From IMG/VR virus record IMGVR_UViG_3300006133_000009: a DNA stretch of 59,079 nt. The stretch is one strand, 5' to 3'. The DNA is from a virus. Positions 35,936 through 44,747 of the stretch are shown here, one piece after another. Within the stretch, counting starts at the first letter, position 1, and each line of letters opens with the position of its first letter. The position numbers were made by a program, and so were the translations under genes. The notes beneath the pieces were generated by a model. It did not search any database. It saw only the letters and a list, made by a program, of their open reading frames with translations, and had not been told where the DNA came from.

Positions 35936-38143
35936 TCAGAAGTCAAAGAGTGTTGGAGTATTGATTTCTTGCTCGGCGCGTTTGATGTTCTTCACGGCTG
36001 TTTCAAAGTAGCTGTCTTTGAGTTCGCAACCGATACCGCGACGATTGTTTTGTACTGCGACATAGACTTCAGAGCCGATGCCGAGGAACGGAGTAAACAC
36101 GACTTCGCCCTCATTGCTCCAAAGGTGAACAAGTCGCTTGATGACTTCAAGCTGCAAGGGGCAAATGTGCTTTTCATCGCCTTGCGCCGTTCCCTCTGCG
36201 CCGTTCAGCACATCAGTACGCTTTATATCCATCCACACCGGCGATGCCCAGCGTTGCCACGTTTCGAGAGGGAAGTTATCGCGATTGAGATTCTGAATCG
36301 GCTCCCAATCGGCTTCATCGCTCTCCCATTTCTTGAATATCGTTATGTATTCAGCCATTCCGATGCCGGTTTTGGAGCTATCCGAGGTGACTTGCTTGTA
36401 GAGTAGGCGTTGCGTCTTCGTGCGCTGCATCTCCAAAACCGGGTCACACCAAATCGTGATTTTAGAATGCAGCTTGAATCCCTCGGCGAGAACGGCGCGT
36501 GTGTGTTCGCCGGTGAAGTCATACATACCCGTGTAGCCGGAAGAGTTCTTATACACGCCGAGGTCTTTTGTGTGGCAGCACATAATTCTACCGGGTTTAA
36601 GGATTCGATAGAGTTCTTTCAGCAAGAATGCGTATTGCTTGAAAAACTCCTCGTGATTCTCGTTGTTACCCATGTCGTGGATATAGTTCGAGTAGGTGAA
36701 TAGCGAGCTGAACGGCGGCGAGAAGATTATGAGGTCAACGCTATTGTCGGGGATTCGCGATATTTCGATTGTCGTATCTCCTTTCATCAGAAATACATAA
36801 TTGTCGCGATACTCGTCATAGGTGTAGTCGTTGAGAAGTCCGTACTTGTGTTCGTTCACGTTTCGGTTGATTTCGCGCTGCATTTCTTCAAACCGCGCTT
36901 GCTTTTGTTCGATGATTGCTCTTGCATTCTGCATCGTGTCGGTTATTATGAGGTGAATGTTTACTGCGTCTTTTCGCCCGAATCGGTACGACCGGCGCAC
37001 TTGTTGATAGAAGTCCTCGAAAGAGAAATCAGGAGCGGTAAATATCTGCGTTCCGCAGCTTTGGAAGTTCATGCCGTAGCCGCATATCTTGGCTTTCGAG
37101 ATTAGTATTCGGATTTTGCCGTCTGCGAAGTCGAGCAAGCGGCGTTCTTTCACATCGTCTTTGTCGCTTCCTCGTACCTCTACGGATTCTGGCAATAGCT
37201 CACGGAGTATGTCGCCCTCCTCGTTCTGCTTAATCCAAATCAGCACTTGCCCCTCGGTTTCATTCGCTAACTTCGCGGCAAGTTCAAGGCGTTCTTTCTT
37301 CGTCTTGCGAAGCTCTGCATTGAAGTTTGTAGCGTTCACGATGCCGCCGGAGAATAGTTGCCCTGCCTGGGGTTCGGTTTCGACCGGGTGAGTAATGTAG
37401 TTGAGCGGTGGCAGCTTGAATCGTTTGCCGGTTTCGATGAATCCGATATCTGCCGGATTCTCGAAGATGATAGCCCAAGATGCTATCCAACCGTAGAAGT
37501 CAGCTTTTGCATGACCTTTTAGGCGGTAGTTGTTCATGCCGTCTTCACGCACAAACCATTTAGAGCGCATATCCTGCGCGTCAAGCACGTTGAGAAATTC
37601 GGAATGATTGCCGATTTCGTTCAAGTCGTTAGGCGAGGGTGTAGCGGTGCAACATAGCTTATAAAGCGTGTGTTTGAACTTCGCTGTTATAGCGTTACGA
37701 TAATGCCCGGTAAAGTTCTTCAGTATAGAGCTTTCATCAAGCACCACGCCGACAAAGCGAGCTTCATCAATGTTGTCTAACTGTTCGTAGTTGGTGATTA
37801 CGAGTTTAGCGTCTGCCGGTATGTTGTCAGAATAGCGGTGAATACTGTAACCGAATGTTGCGCCGACTGCGATTGTCTGACGGCTCACCGACAGCGGTGC
37901 AAGTATCAGTACCGGGCGAGATTCGCGCTCGGCGACTTTCTGCGCCCATTCGAGCTGCATCAGCGTTTTTCCATTGCCGCAACCGGCAAATATCGCCGCT
38001 CTGCCGCGCTTCAAAGTCCAGCGTACACAGTACTTCTGAAAGTCGAAAAGTTGCGGATTGAGTTGCGATTCTTCGATGTCGAAGCCGCTATCAGCTACGC
38101 GCTGTATCTTTGTCGCGAGGAAGTCTTGATAAGCTGTTTTCAT
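35936..38143 (-). CDS. SNF2/DEAD-like helicase fused to an N6A/N4C DNA methyltransferase (735 aa)
   Basis: Helicase motif I GCGNGKT, motif II VVLDESS and motif VI QQVRRSYRFGR. The MTase follows with motif IV IIFSPPF before motif I FTPFLGIGSE (beta-class order). Confidence 0.8.
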   Translation of the reverse strand: MKTAYQDFLATKIQRVADSGFDIEESQLNPQLFDFQKYCVRWTLKRGRAAIFAGCGNGKTLMQLEWAQKVAERESRPVLILAPLSVSRQTIAVGATFGYSIHRYSDNIPADAKLVITNYEQLDNIDEARFVGVVLDESSILKNFTGHYRNAITAKFKHTLYKLCCTATPSPNDLNEIGNHSEFLNVLDAQDMRSKWFVREDGMNNYRLKGHAKADFYGWIASWAIIFENPADIGFIETGKRFKLPPLNYITHPVETEPQAGQLFSGGIVNATNFNAELRKTKKERLELAAKLANETEGQVLIWIKQNEEGDILRELLPESVEVRGSDKDDVKERRLLDFADGKIRILISKAKICGYGMNFQSCGTQIFTAPDFSFEDFYQQVRRSYRFGRKDAVNIHLIITDTMQNARAIIEQKQARFEEMQREINRNVNEHKYGLLNDYTYDEYRDNYVFLMKGDTTIEISRIPDNSVDLIIFSPPFSSLFTYSNYIHDMGNNENHEEFFKQYAFLLKELYRILKPGRIMCCHTKDLGVYKNSSGYTGMYDFTGEHTRAVLAEGFKLHSKITIWCDPVLEMQRTKTQRLLYKQVTSDSSKTGIGMAEYITIFKKWESDEADWEPIQNLNRDNFPLETWQRWASPVWMDIKRTDVLNGAEGTAQGDEKHICPLQLEVIKRLVHLWSNEGEVVFTPFLGIGSEVYVAVQNNRRGIGCELKDSYFETAVKNIKRAEQEINTPTLFDF

Positions 38144-38388
38144 AACTTTTGCTCTTGTGGAAATTCATTGAAGCGGCGAGCGATTTCAGCGCATAAAGCG
38201 TTGGAGCTTTCTACATCGCCGGTGTGAATTGCAGCTATCGACAAATTCCAACCATCTTCGATGCAAAGTTCAGCATCAGTTTCATCGGGGCCGCAGATGC
38301 GTTTACCTCTTGCCGGAACACATATCAGCTTCATGTCTTTTGTGTCAACGGAGCCTCTTGCGTATTTCCATTTGATTTTTATTTCCAT
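38140..38388 (-). CDS. Hypothetical protein (82 aa)
   Basis: ORF with AACGCAA 5 nt upstream of the ATG. Confidence 0.45.
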   Translation of the reverse strand: MEIKIKWKYARGSVDTKDMKLICVPARGKRICGPDETDAELCIEDGWNLSIAAIHTGDVESSNALCAEIARRFNEFPQEQKL

Positions 38389-38420
38389 ATCACTTGCGTT
38401 GATTAAAATTCAATTTCTTG

Positions 38421-38873
38421 CTATGTCACCGGCTCTTTATAACCGGGGTGATTCTCCATGTAATGCGAGCGTAGAGCATCAGCGATTTTGATTCGTTCTT
38501 CATCTGCAATATGCTGCTTGTCAGCTTCCGAGTTCGCTTTTAGAGCCAACTCTAAACTGCCTTTCAGCTTTTTATCAGAGAGAAAAATCGAATACTCCGT
38601 GAACATTCGAGTTGCACCTATCGCGTCTTTCAACTCGGTTTCGGTCTGCTGTCGCACATAAACTGTATGCTGATACTTGGCTATTGCCCGGAGCGTCTTT
38701 TCTTCTCTCATTTCGTCATTCTCGAAGATGACCGAGATAGCTTCTTTCTTTCGGATTTTACCGACTTTCGCCCATCCGTAGAACACTCGCAAGCTCTTTG
38801 ACTTTGTGCGCTGTCCGAGTTCTGCTTTATGACTATTGTCAAGCATCGCTAACTTTAATCGAAGTCCGCTCAT
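38421..38873 (-). CDS. Hypothetical protein (150 aa)
   Basis: ORF in the early operon. Confidence 0.5.
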   Translation of the reverse strand: MSGLRLKLAMLDNSHKAELGQRTKSKSLRVFYGWAKVGKIRKKEAISVIFENDEMREEKTLRAIAKYQHTVYVRQQTETELKDAIGATRMFTEYSIFLSDKKLKGSLELALKANSEADKQHIADEERIKIADALRSHYMENHPGYKEPVT

Positions 38874-39313
38874 TACTTGTAATATTGTTTGAATGTTTCA
38901 ATACCGAACACGAGTTCAAGAGTTGCTACTCGCTCCCAATTTCGAGCTTTGATTATCGGATTGCTTATGCCATTGCCACGTTTGGCATTTTGGTATATAT
39001 CCATTATCATTTTTCGTTCTGCTTCATTACATCGCTCGATAAGGGGGGATTTAAGCAAGTGTTTCGCTCCGGCTATGAAGTCCCGGAATCTCGCCGGTTT
39101 GTTGAATGGTTGGCTGCGAGAGTAGTCCCATGCTGCATTTTTAAGGCTTGGGCTTACAGAGATAGGTTTATCTTCATCTATATTGAAGTCCAATCTATCT
39201 TCATGATAGTAGCATTTGTGAGCCGGGCAGTCGTAATACTTGCCTCCCATATCTTGATAGCCACATTCGTTGACTTCAACGATTGTATTGCTTCCAATTA
39301 GTCGCGCTTTCAT
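38873..39313 (-). CDS. Hypothetical protein (146 aa)
   Basis: ORF in the early operon. Confidence 0.5.
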   Translation of the reverse strand: MKARLIGSNTIVEVNECGYQDMGGKYYDCPAHKCYYHEDRLDFNIDEDKPISVSPSLKNAAWDYSRSQPFNKPARFRDFIAGAKHLLKSPLIERCNEAERKMIMDIYQNAKRGNGISNPIIKARNWERVATLELVFGIETFKQYYK

Positions 39314-39744
39314 GCTGCACCTCCTTTCGGAATGTCAACTACGACATACGGCATACCGCCGGGGAAGCATTGCCAAAACTCGCGAGCAAGCAAGAATTTG
39401 ACTGCGCCGATTGCGATTCCAAGGCAAACCAACATATCGCACATTTGGTGAAAGTCGGTCCACTGCCGACCGTCTGCATCAACACAAAGATTGAGGAAAG
39501 TCCAACCGCCGCCTTTGAACGCATGAAACTCTTTAGGCAAGCAAGATAACATCGAGAGTATGTTATCGCGGTTAGCCGTCACCTTATCACGGTTAAAACC
39601 GGCTTTGATTCTCACCCCGGAAATGATTTGTCGAATTTTTTCGTCTGATTCTGCGAGGCAGTCTTTGAATATCGCCTCGACATTCTCCGAAGTGAGCTTC
39701 ATCGGCTCACGGAGAGCTATTTTGTTTGTTGTCTGAAGTTCCAT
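39310..39744 (-). CDS. Hypothetical protein (144 aa)
   Basis: ORF in the early operon. Confidence 0.5.
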   Translation of the reverse strand: MELQTTNKIALREPMKLTSENVEAIFKDCLAESDEKIRQIISGVRIKAGFNRDKVTANRDNILSMLSCLPKEFHAFKGGGWTFLNLCVDADGRQWTDFHQMCDMLVCLGIAIGAVKFLLAREFWQCFPGGMPYVVVDIPKGGAA

Positions 39745-39748
39745 ATTG

Positions 39749-40033
39749 TTAACCTTTCATTCTGCCGATATAGGCGAGCTGTAACACATCGTATTGCTTG
39801 TTGATTACGGCAAATTCAACCATGCAGTTATCATCTGCCATATCGTTGATTCTCAAAAGCGGAAAGCTATTACCCGAATTGGCGGCATAAAGCTCTTGAT
39901 TTATATCTTCATTCACTCGCCAATCGTTAGCGTTAGCGAAGTATGCGTCAAGGCTTGCGACAACGTGCAAGTTGAGATAATCTTCGCCGAATGCTTCTGC
40001 GATTTTGCTTTTGTTGCGAAGTGCGTATCTCAT
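39749..40033 (-). CDS. Hypothetical protein (94 aa)
   Basis: ORF in the early operon. Confidence 0.45.
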   Translation of the reverse strand: MRYALRNKSKIAEAFGEDYLNLHVVASLDAYFANANDWRVNEDINQELYAANSGNSFPLLRINDMADDNCMVEFAVINKQYDVLQLAYIGRMKG

Positions 40034-40437
40034 TCTTCTATTTCGTCAATGTTAATGTACCAATACGAGCATGAACGGCTGAACAAACGCACGCTCTCAA
40101 TATAGTTGAGTTCCTTGTCTTCTTCTCGGAGTAATGCAAACTGATTGCTGTATTTGTCGATATATCCGACTGCAAAAAACTCCTTGCTCGTGATGCGATT
40201 GTAACCTTTGACAAGGACGTGCATTCCGATAAGCGCGTCAGTCAGATTGAGTGTTTGCCACTTCATTGTACTTGTCTTTTCTTCAATCAGGTTATTATGG
40301 CTTTTGCGTTCATTGCGGCACATTTCAGCCACGCACGGTTTGCAGCGATTGCGATACGACTTCGAGAAGTCGGCTACCGGCTTTATTTCGCCGCATACTT
40401 CGCATTTTCGCGTTTCTTGATAGTTCTTTTCACTCAT
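40030..40437 (-). CDS. Zn-ribbon protein (135 aa)
   Basis: Has CEVCGEIKPVADF...RCKPC (CxxC...CxxC). AACGCAA abuts the ATG. Confidence 0.5.
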   Translation of the reverse strand: MSEKNYQETRKCEVCGEIKPVADFSKSYRNRCKPCVAEMCRNERKSHNNLIEEKTSTMKWQTLNLTDALIGMHVLVKGYNRITSKEFFAVGYIDKYSNQFALLREEDKELNYIESVRLFSRSCSYWYINIDEIEE

Positions 40438-40550
40438 TTGCGTTATTTTTTATTGTTTTTGGTGGTTTCCTTGCGACTCTCCGCGCTTTGAGCGGTGAAA
40501 TGATAGTTTGTATATCTGAGAGCTTTCATCGCGGTTAGGAGCGGTTATTT

Positions 40551-41387
40551 TCATCTTCGGCTTTCGCCGGTCAGATAGAGTACGTTGTATGTCTTGAATC
40601 GGTCTGCCAATCGACCGAATCCATCGTCAAATTCTTTCGTCAGCCTTTCCACATCGAGATTAGTTGTCAGATGCGCGAATTTCCGGCGGTCGGGAGCTGT
40701 CATTGTCCAAATCTCATTCCGGGCGTGTAGAAAGTCATTGACTATCGTTTTAGTGTCGATTCCGTAGAATGGTCGGTTTTCAACGCCGATGTCGTTCAAG
40801 CATAGATTAACCGGCTTACAAGCGAATCCGACTGAATTTTCCTCGTTGTATAGGTAGCGGTCGATATTGTTGTGAATCGTGTAATAGTTCACCATTTGCG
40901 TTACCGATACGTTGTGAAAGAAATTCGGGTTGTTCGTGTATTTCAGATATTCGGAGAAAATCTGCATCATCAGAGTTTTGCCGGTGCCGACTTCGCCCAT
41001 TAGCAAAATATGCTTTTCCAACTTGTGACCCTCGCCCGGAAAGACTTGCTCGGCAAGAGGGCAGTTGTTGAAGTAGTAGAGCAAAAATCGGAGTACTTTG
41101 CTGTTGTGTTCGTCAATCACGAATTTGCGCCGCTGACCGGCGAGGCAGATTGTGTTAGCTATCTGAACTACAAGGTTACTGTGAGCGTTGAAAGTCGCGG
41201 TGTCCGACAAGTTCTCAAACTGTGTGACCTGCTTTCGAGCATCGCATATCACTCGCTTTATAACCGGCTCAATCTTCAATCTTGCAGATTCAGCCGCTTC
41301 ACGCTGTCGCTTGGCTTCGACTTGCGCGATGATTTCGGGTGTCAATTCGTCTTTCATTTCTGCGCTGCGTTTAATATTTAGCTCCAC
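40551..41387 (-). CDS. DnaC/IstB-like AAA+ helicase-loader ATPase (278 aa)
   Basis: Walker A LMGEVGTGKT. Position directly after the replication initiator gene. Confidence 0.6.
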   Translation of the reverse strand: MELNIKRSAEMKDELTPEIIAQVEAKRQREAAESARLKIEPVIKRVICDARKQVTQFENLSDTATFNAHSNLVVQIANTICLAGQRRKFVIDEHNSKVLRFLLYYFNNCPLAEQVFPGEGHKLEKHILLMGEVGTGKTLMMQIFSEYLKYTNNPNFFHNVSVTQMVNYYTIHNNIDRYLYNEENSVGFACKPVNLCLNDIGVENRPFYGIDTKTIVNDFLHARNEIWTMTAPDRRKFAHLTTNLDVERLTKEFDDGFGRLADRFKTYNVLYLTGESRR

Positions 41388-42219
41388 CGAAGCCGCCGGA
41401 ATAATTCATCTTCGTTGTCGGCTGCGCCGGAACTTCAGGCATTTGTTGTTCGGTCTTGATTTCCGGGTATTCGGTAGTCCACCGAGATTGATTGAGCCAA
41501 GTTGCGAGATGCGCGAATTGTGGCACAAACTCTCCAGCTGCTTTCGCGGCAGCGTAGTGTGCGGTCATTCTTTCGAGTGCCGGCATAAGCAAGGGGACTA
41601 TTTCGCGCCACGTTTTCGGATTCTTTTTTTTGAAGTTCTGAAACTCTACATCGTGACCTCGCTTGCTTCCGGGATATGCTTTGCGGAACAATTCAAATTC
41701 AGATTCCAAATCGGAAATTTCCGAATTTTGACATATCTCGTTAGAGATAATATTATTTCTTATATTCTTTATTTCTTTACTTGTGTCCGCTAAGTTATCC
41801 GCTGTGTTGTCCTCTTGGTTGTCCGGGGTTTCGTTGGCAATACCATTGCAACCGCTTAATATTTCGCCATTTAAGCTATCCTTTAGGTTGTCCGCTGTCT
41901 GATACATATTATATTTGCAAATTGTAATGATTGTTGTATTGCCAATAGTTTCTTTCGTTATCATCTTTTCCTCTTGCAGCATCTTCAGGAAGGCAATGAC
42001 TGTGTTATGCCCCTTGTGCCACCGTTGGCAGAGAAAAGCGATTGAAGCTACAAGTTGACCGCGTTTGATTTCGATTAGCCGAGAGCCGCCGGATAACACT
42101 TGACCGTCATCCCAAGACGCCATGAGGAGCAAGTCGAGCCACCATTTAAGGCGTTCGGCATCTTGCCAAATCCAATGCTTCGGCAACTCCCGGCTAATCT
42201 TAATCCAACCGTTCATCAT
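41371..42219 (-). CDS. Replication initiator/replisome organiser-like protein (282 aa)
   Basis: The N-terminal winged-helix-like NGWIKISRELPKHWIWQDAERLKWWLDLLLMA is typical of phage DnaD-like initiators. Confidence 0.55.
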   Translation of the reverse strand: MMNGWIKISRELPKHWIWQDAERLKWWLDLLLMASWDDGQVLSGGSRLIEIKRGQLVASIAFLCQRWHKGHNTVIAFLKMLQEEKMITKETIGNTTIITICKYNMYQTADNLKDSLNGEILSGCNGIANETPDNQEDNTADNLADTSKEIKNIRNNIISNEICQNSEISDLESEFELFRKAYPGSKRGHDVEFQNFKKKNPKTWREIVPLLMPALERMTAHYAAAKAAGEFVPQFAHLATWLNQSRWTTEYPEIKTEQQMPEVPAQPTTKMNYSGGFGGAKY

Positions 42220-42227
42220 TCACGCGC

Positions 42228-42842
42228 TCATCCGAAATAGAAGTCTTGCCAAATCTTGATAAACTGTGTACCGAAATACTCGGCGAGAGCTTCAGATTTT
42301 ACGCAAAGACGGGACCCGACAGACGCAGCCGCATCCGAGGGCGCGGGAGTCGCAGTCGCATACGCAAAACCGGCATGCGCGCCGTTACCCGCAGCACCGC
42401 CGAAAAGGACACATTTGGCTCTCTGCTTCTCGTTCATCTTGTCTATCTCTTTTTGAGTATAGAGCCAGTACCACGGCCACCACTTTTCTTCGCCTTTAAC
42501 ATACTTCGGCTCCCAACCCTCATTGAGAGCGGCGGCGATGATGCGGAGCTTCAGATATGCTACGATGTCTTTTGCCGTTTCATCCATTGGCGGATTCTGC
42601 TCCTCGACTATGCGGCGATACTGATTGACAAAGGCGTGATTGCCGAGGACTGCACAAGCATCCTCAAATGTCTTCACACGCTCGGTTATCGGTCGGGGGT
42701 CAACTTGTATCGGCTCGGCGGCGTCACCGTATAGGTCGCGGAGTAACTGCTGAATTTCGGGGTTTTCACCGGCGTTGCGGAAAGCCGCCTGGACTTGTTC
42801 GATAGTCGGCTGCTTAAATCCGACTGCTTCATTTTCTTTCAT
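42228..42842 (-). CDS. DGR target protein 2, small early-region protein with a C-terminal VR (204 aa)
   Basis: C-terminal LFGGAAGNGAHAGFAYATATPAPSDAAASVGSRLC is encoded by VR2. No signal peptide was seen. Confidence 0.8.
   Translation of the reverse strand: MKENEAVGFKQPTIEQVQAAFRNAGENPEIQQLLRDLYGDAAEPIQVDPRPITERVKTFEDACAVLGNHAFVNQYRRIVEEQNPPMDETAKDIVAYLKLRIIAAALNEGWEPKYVKGEEKWWPWYWLYTQKEIDKMNEKQRAKCVLFGGAAGNGAHAGFAYATATPAPSDAAASVGSRLCVKSEALAEYFGTQFIKIWQDFYFG
42308..42412 (-). repeat. DGR variable repeat VR2 (remote)
   Basis: 105 nt aligned gap-free to TR 1271..1375 with 18 mismatches, all at TR adenines. Shares the IMH-like end GGGTCCCGTCTTTGC with VR1. Confidence 0.85.
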
Positions 42843-43002
42843 TGTTGATTTTGTTTAATTTGGGTAAAACTTCGTGTTTGAGTAATCTCACTGCATTTGT
42901 CAGTCGTAAACTTTTACGAATCGCGGCTGCATCGAGATTGTCAAGAATCTGCGGCAAGCATCGGCATAGAGTGGCGACAACATCATTAGGCACATTTCTC
43001 AT
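42829..43002 (-). CDS. Small hypothetical protein (57 aa, below the ORF-track cutoff)
   Basis: Hand-translated as MRNVPNDVVATLCRCLPQILDNLDAAAIRKSLRLTNAVRLLKHEVLPKLNKINNERK. TGATG overlap with the MBL gene stop, and a 14-nt overlap with the target-2 start. Confidence 0.35.
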   Translation of the reverse strand: MRNVPNDVVATLCRCLPQILDNLDAAAIRKSLRLTNAVRLLKHEVLPKLNKINNERK

Positions 43003-43739
43003 CAGTACGGAAGTTTAGATACGTTGATTTCAATGCCCGGATTTGCCACATAAACCGGTTTTCCTACGGCTTTCGCTATTCGGTCGCGGAATTGTACTGC
43101 ATCGCTGTGTCTGCCCGATAGGTGAAGCAATACCACTTCATTTACGGCTGTGAGGTCGGTCGTGCGTAGTATCTGCTCGGTTGTCTTCAGCTCCATGTGC
43201 GATTCAAGTAACCTTTCGCGTGTGCTGCTGACTGTGCTTCCGTTGCTGATAGCGTCTTCGAGTAGTTCGTCAGAGTAATTCGCTTCAATCATTATGTGGT
43301 TGAGCTTTTCAACCCGATATTCAAGCATCATCGTGTCGGTGACGAACAAGAGTTTGCCCATTTCGCTATGCTCGATAACGAATCCGAGGCACGGCACGTC
43401 ATGGACTACCGGGAGCGCATAGACTTTGAAGCCGCCCACTATGTAGCCGTGCATCGGTTCGATACTCTTGCAGAACGTGCGGTTGAGCTTGGGGAATGAT
43501 GCAAACACATCTTCGAGAGCCAATGCACGGATTCCGAATTTCAGATACTCCGGCAGATACTTTGAATGGTCTTTGTGTCGGTGGCTCACAACGCACCCGG
43601 ATATGCCGCTCAACTTCCAACCGAGAGCTTTTTTAACCTCGACCAACGGCATACCGCATTCAATCAGTAATGCGCCGTTTGAAGATTGTAGAATGTAGCC
43701 GTTGCCACGTGACGAGCTTCCGATACAAAGTAGTTTCAT
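43002..43739 (-). CDS. Metallo-beta-lactamase-fold hydrolase, likely recombination nuclease (245 aa)
   Basis: HxHxDH motif VSHRHKDHSKY. Adjacent to recT. Confidence 0.7.
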   Translation of the reverse strand: MKLLCIGSSSRGNGYILQSSNGALLIECGMPLVEVKKALGWKLSGISGCVVSHRHKDHSKYLPEYLKFGIRALALEDVFASFPKLNRTFCKSIEPMHGYIVGGFKVYALPVVHDVPCLGFVIEHSEMGKLLFVTDTMMLEYRVEKLNHIMIEANYSDELLEDAISNGSTVSSTRERLLESHMELKTTEQILRTTDLTAVNEVVLLHLSGRHSDAVQFRDRIAKAVGKPVYVANPGIEINVSKLPY

Positions 43740-43757
43740 TCGTGTATCTGCATTAGG

Positions 43758-44735
43758 TTAGTAATTCGGTTCTTGGGGTACTTCTTCGACCGCCGGAGCT
43801 GCTTCATCGGCTTTCGGCTGTTGAGTGACTTCGCCGGTTTCTTCGTTTACGACTTCTTCATACGATACCTCGGCGGCATCGAGATTGAGCGTTTGAGCGT
43901 CCGCGAGCTGAAGTGCATCGTTTCGGGCGGCAAGGGCGCGATTCTCGGCTTCGGTGTCGTGACCGAGAGCCGACATCATCTTGATTGAGAGATAGCCGTA
44001 TTTTGAGAGAAGTCGGCGAATGACTGTCTTCAACGACATGTCGTTGAAATTGCCCTCCCAACCGACTGTATTAGACGCTATGCCGCTGTTGGCTTTCTTT
44101 ATAAGGTCGGCGACTGTGACTTCTTTTTTGAACTTGATACCGGGAGCGTAACGCTTGGCATAAGCCGCCATATCTTCAACCGACATATAGAGCGTCTTTG
44201 AGTAGCCGTTAAGCAACTCGAAATAGCAAAAGTAGCCGATGATTTTGTCGGATGTCTTTTGTCCGCCAAGGTTAACTTCGCCGGATAGACGATTAGCGGT
44301 CTGTAACTCGCCTTCATATACCACATCGGCGTTGATTGTGCGATACTGACCTGTACGCATGGCAAGCTGAATGTAACCCTTGTAACCGGGTATGAATGTC
44401 GGTGTCGGCACTTTCACCTCTACAGTTCGACTGGTTTGTGGGTCGGTCTGCTTGACTTTGTTCTTATACACCACGATATACGCGAATCCGAGAGCGCGGT
44501 TTATAGGCAGGTCGAGTACGGCAGCTTTCAAGCACTCTTGTACGATTGTCGAGGGGTTGCACTCTTGCAGCGACTTGTCACCGTTGTAGAGGTCGATGAT
44601 TGACGCGATGAATAGATTTTTGTTCTCTGCGAGTGCGTTTTGGAACTGTTCTACCACACTCGGCGCATTGAGAATTGATTTCAGCTTTGCGAGTCCGGTT
44701 TGCCCGGTAGTCGCGACTTGGTTGTTTTCTGCCAT
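43758..44735 (-). CDS. recT: RecT-family single-strand annealing protein (325 aa)
   Basis: GFAYIVVYKN...GYKGYIQLAMRTGQY is RecT-like. Confidence 0.8.
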   Translation of the reverse strand: MAENNQVATTGQTGLAKLKSILNAPSVVEQFQNALAENKNLFIASIIDLYNGDKSLQECNPSTIVQECLKAAVLDLPINRALGFAYIVVYKNKVKQTDPQTSRTVEVKVPTPTFIPGYKGYIQLAMRTGQYRTINADVVYEGELQTANRLSGEVNLGGQKTSDKIIGYFCYFELLNGYSKTLYMSVEDMAAYAKRYAPGIKFKKEVTVADLIKKANSGIASNTVGWEGNFNDMSLKTVIRRLLSKYGYLSIKMMSALGHDTEAENRALAARNDALQLADAQTLNLDAAEVSYEEVVNEETGEVTQQPKADEAAPAVEEVPQEPNY

Positions 44736-44747
44736 GATTTGCGTTGA

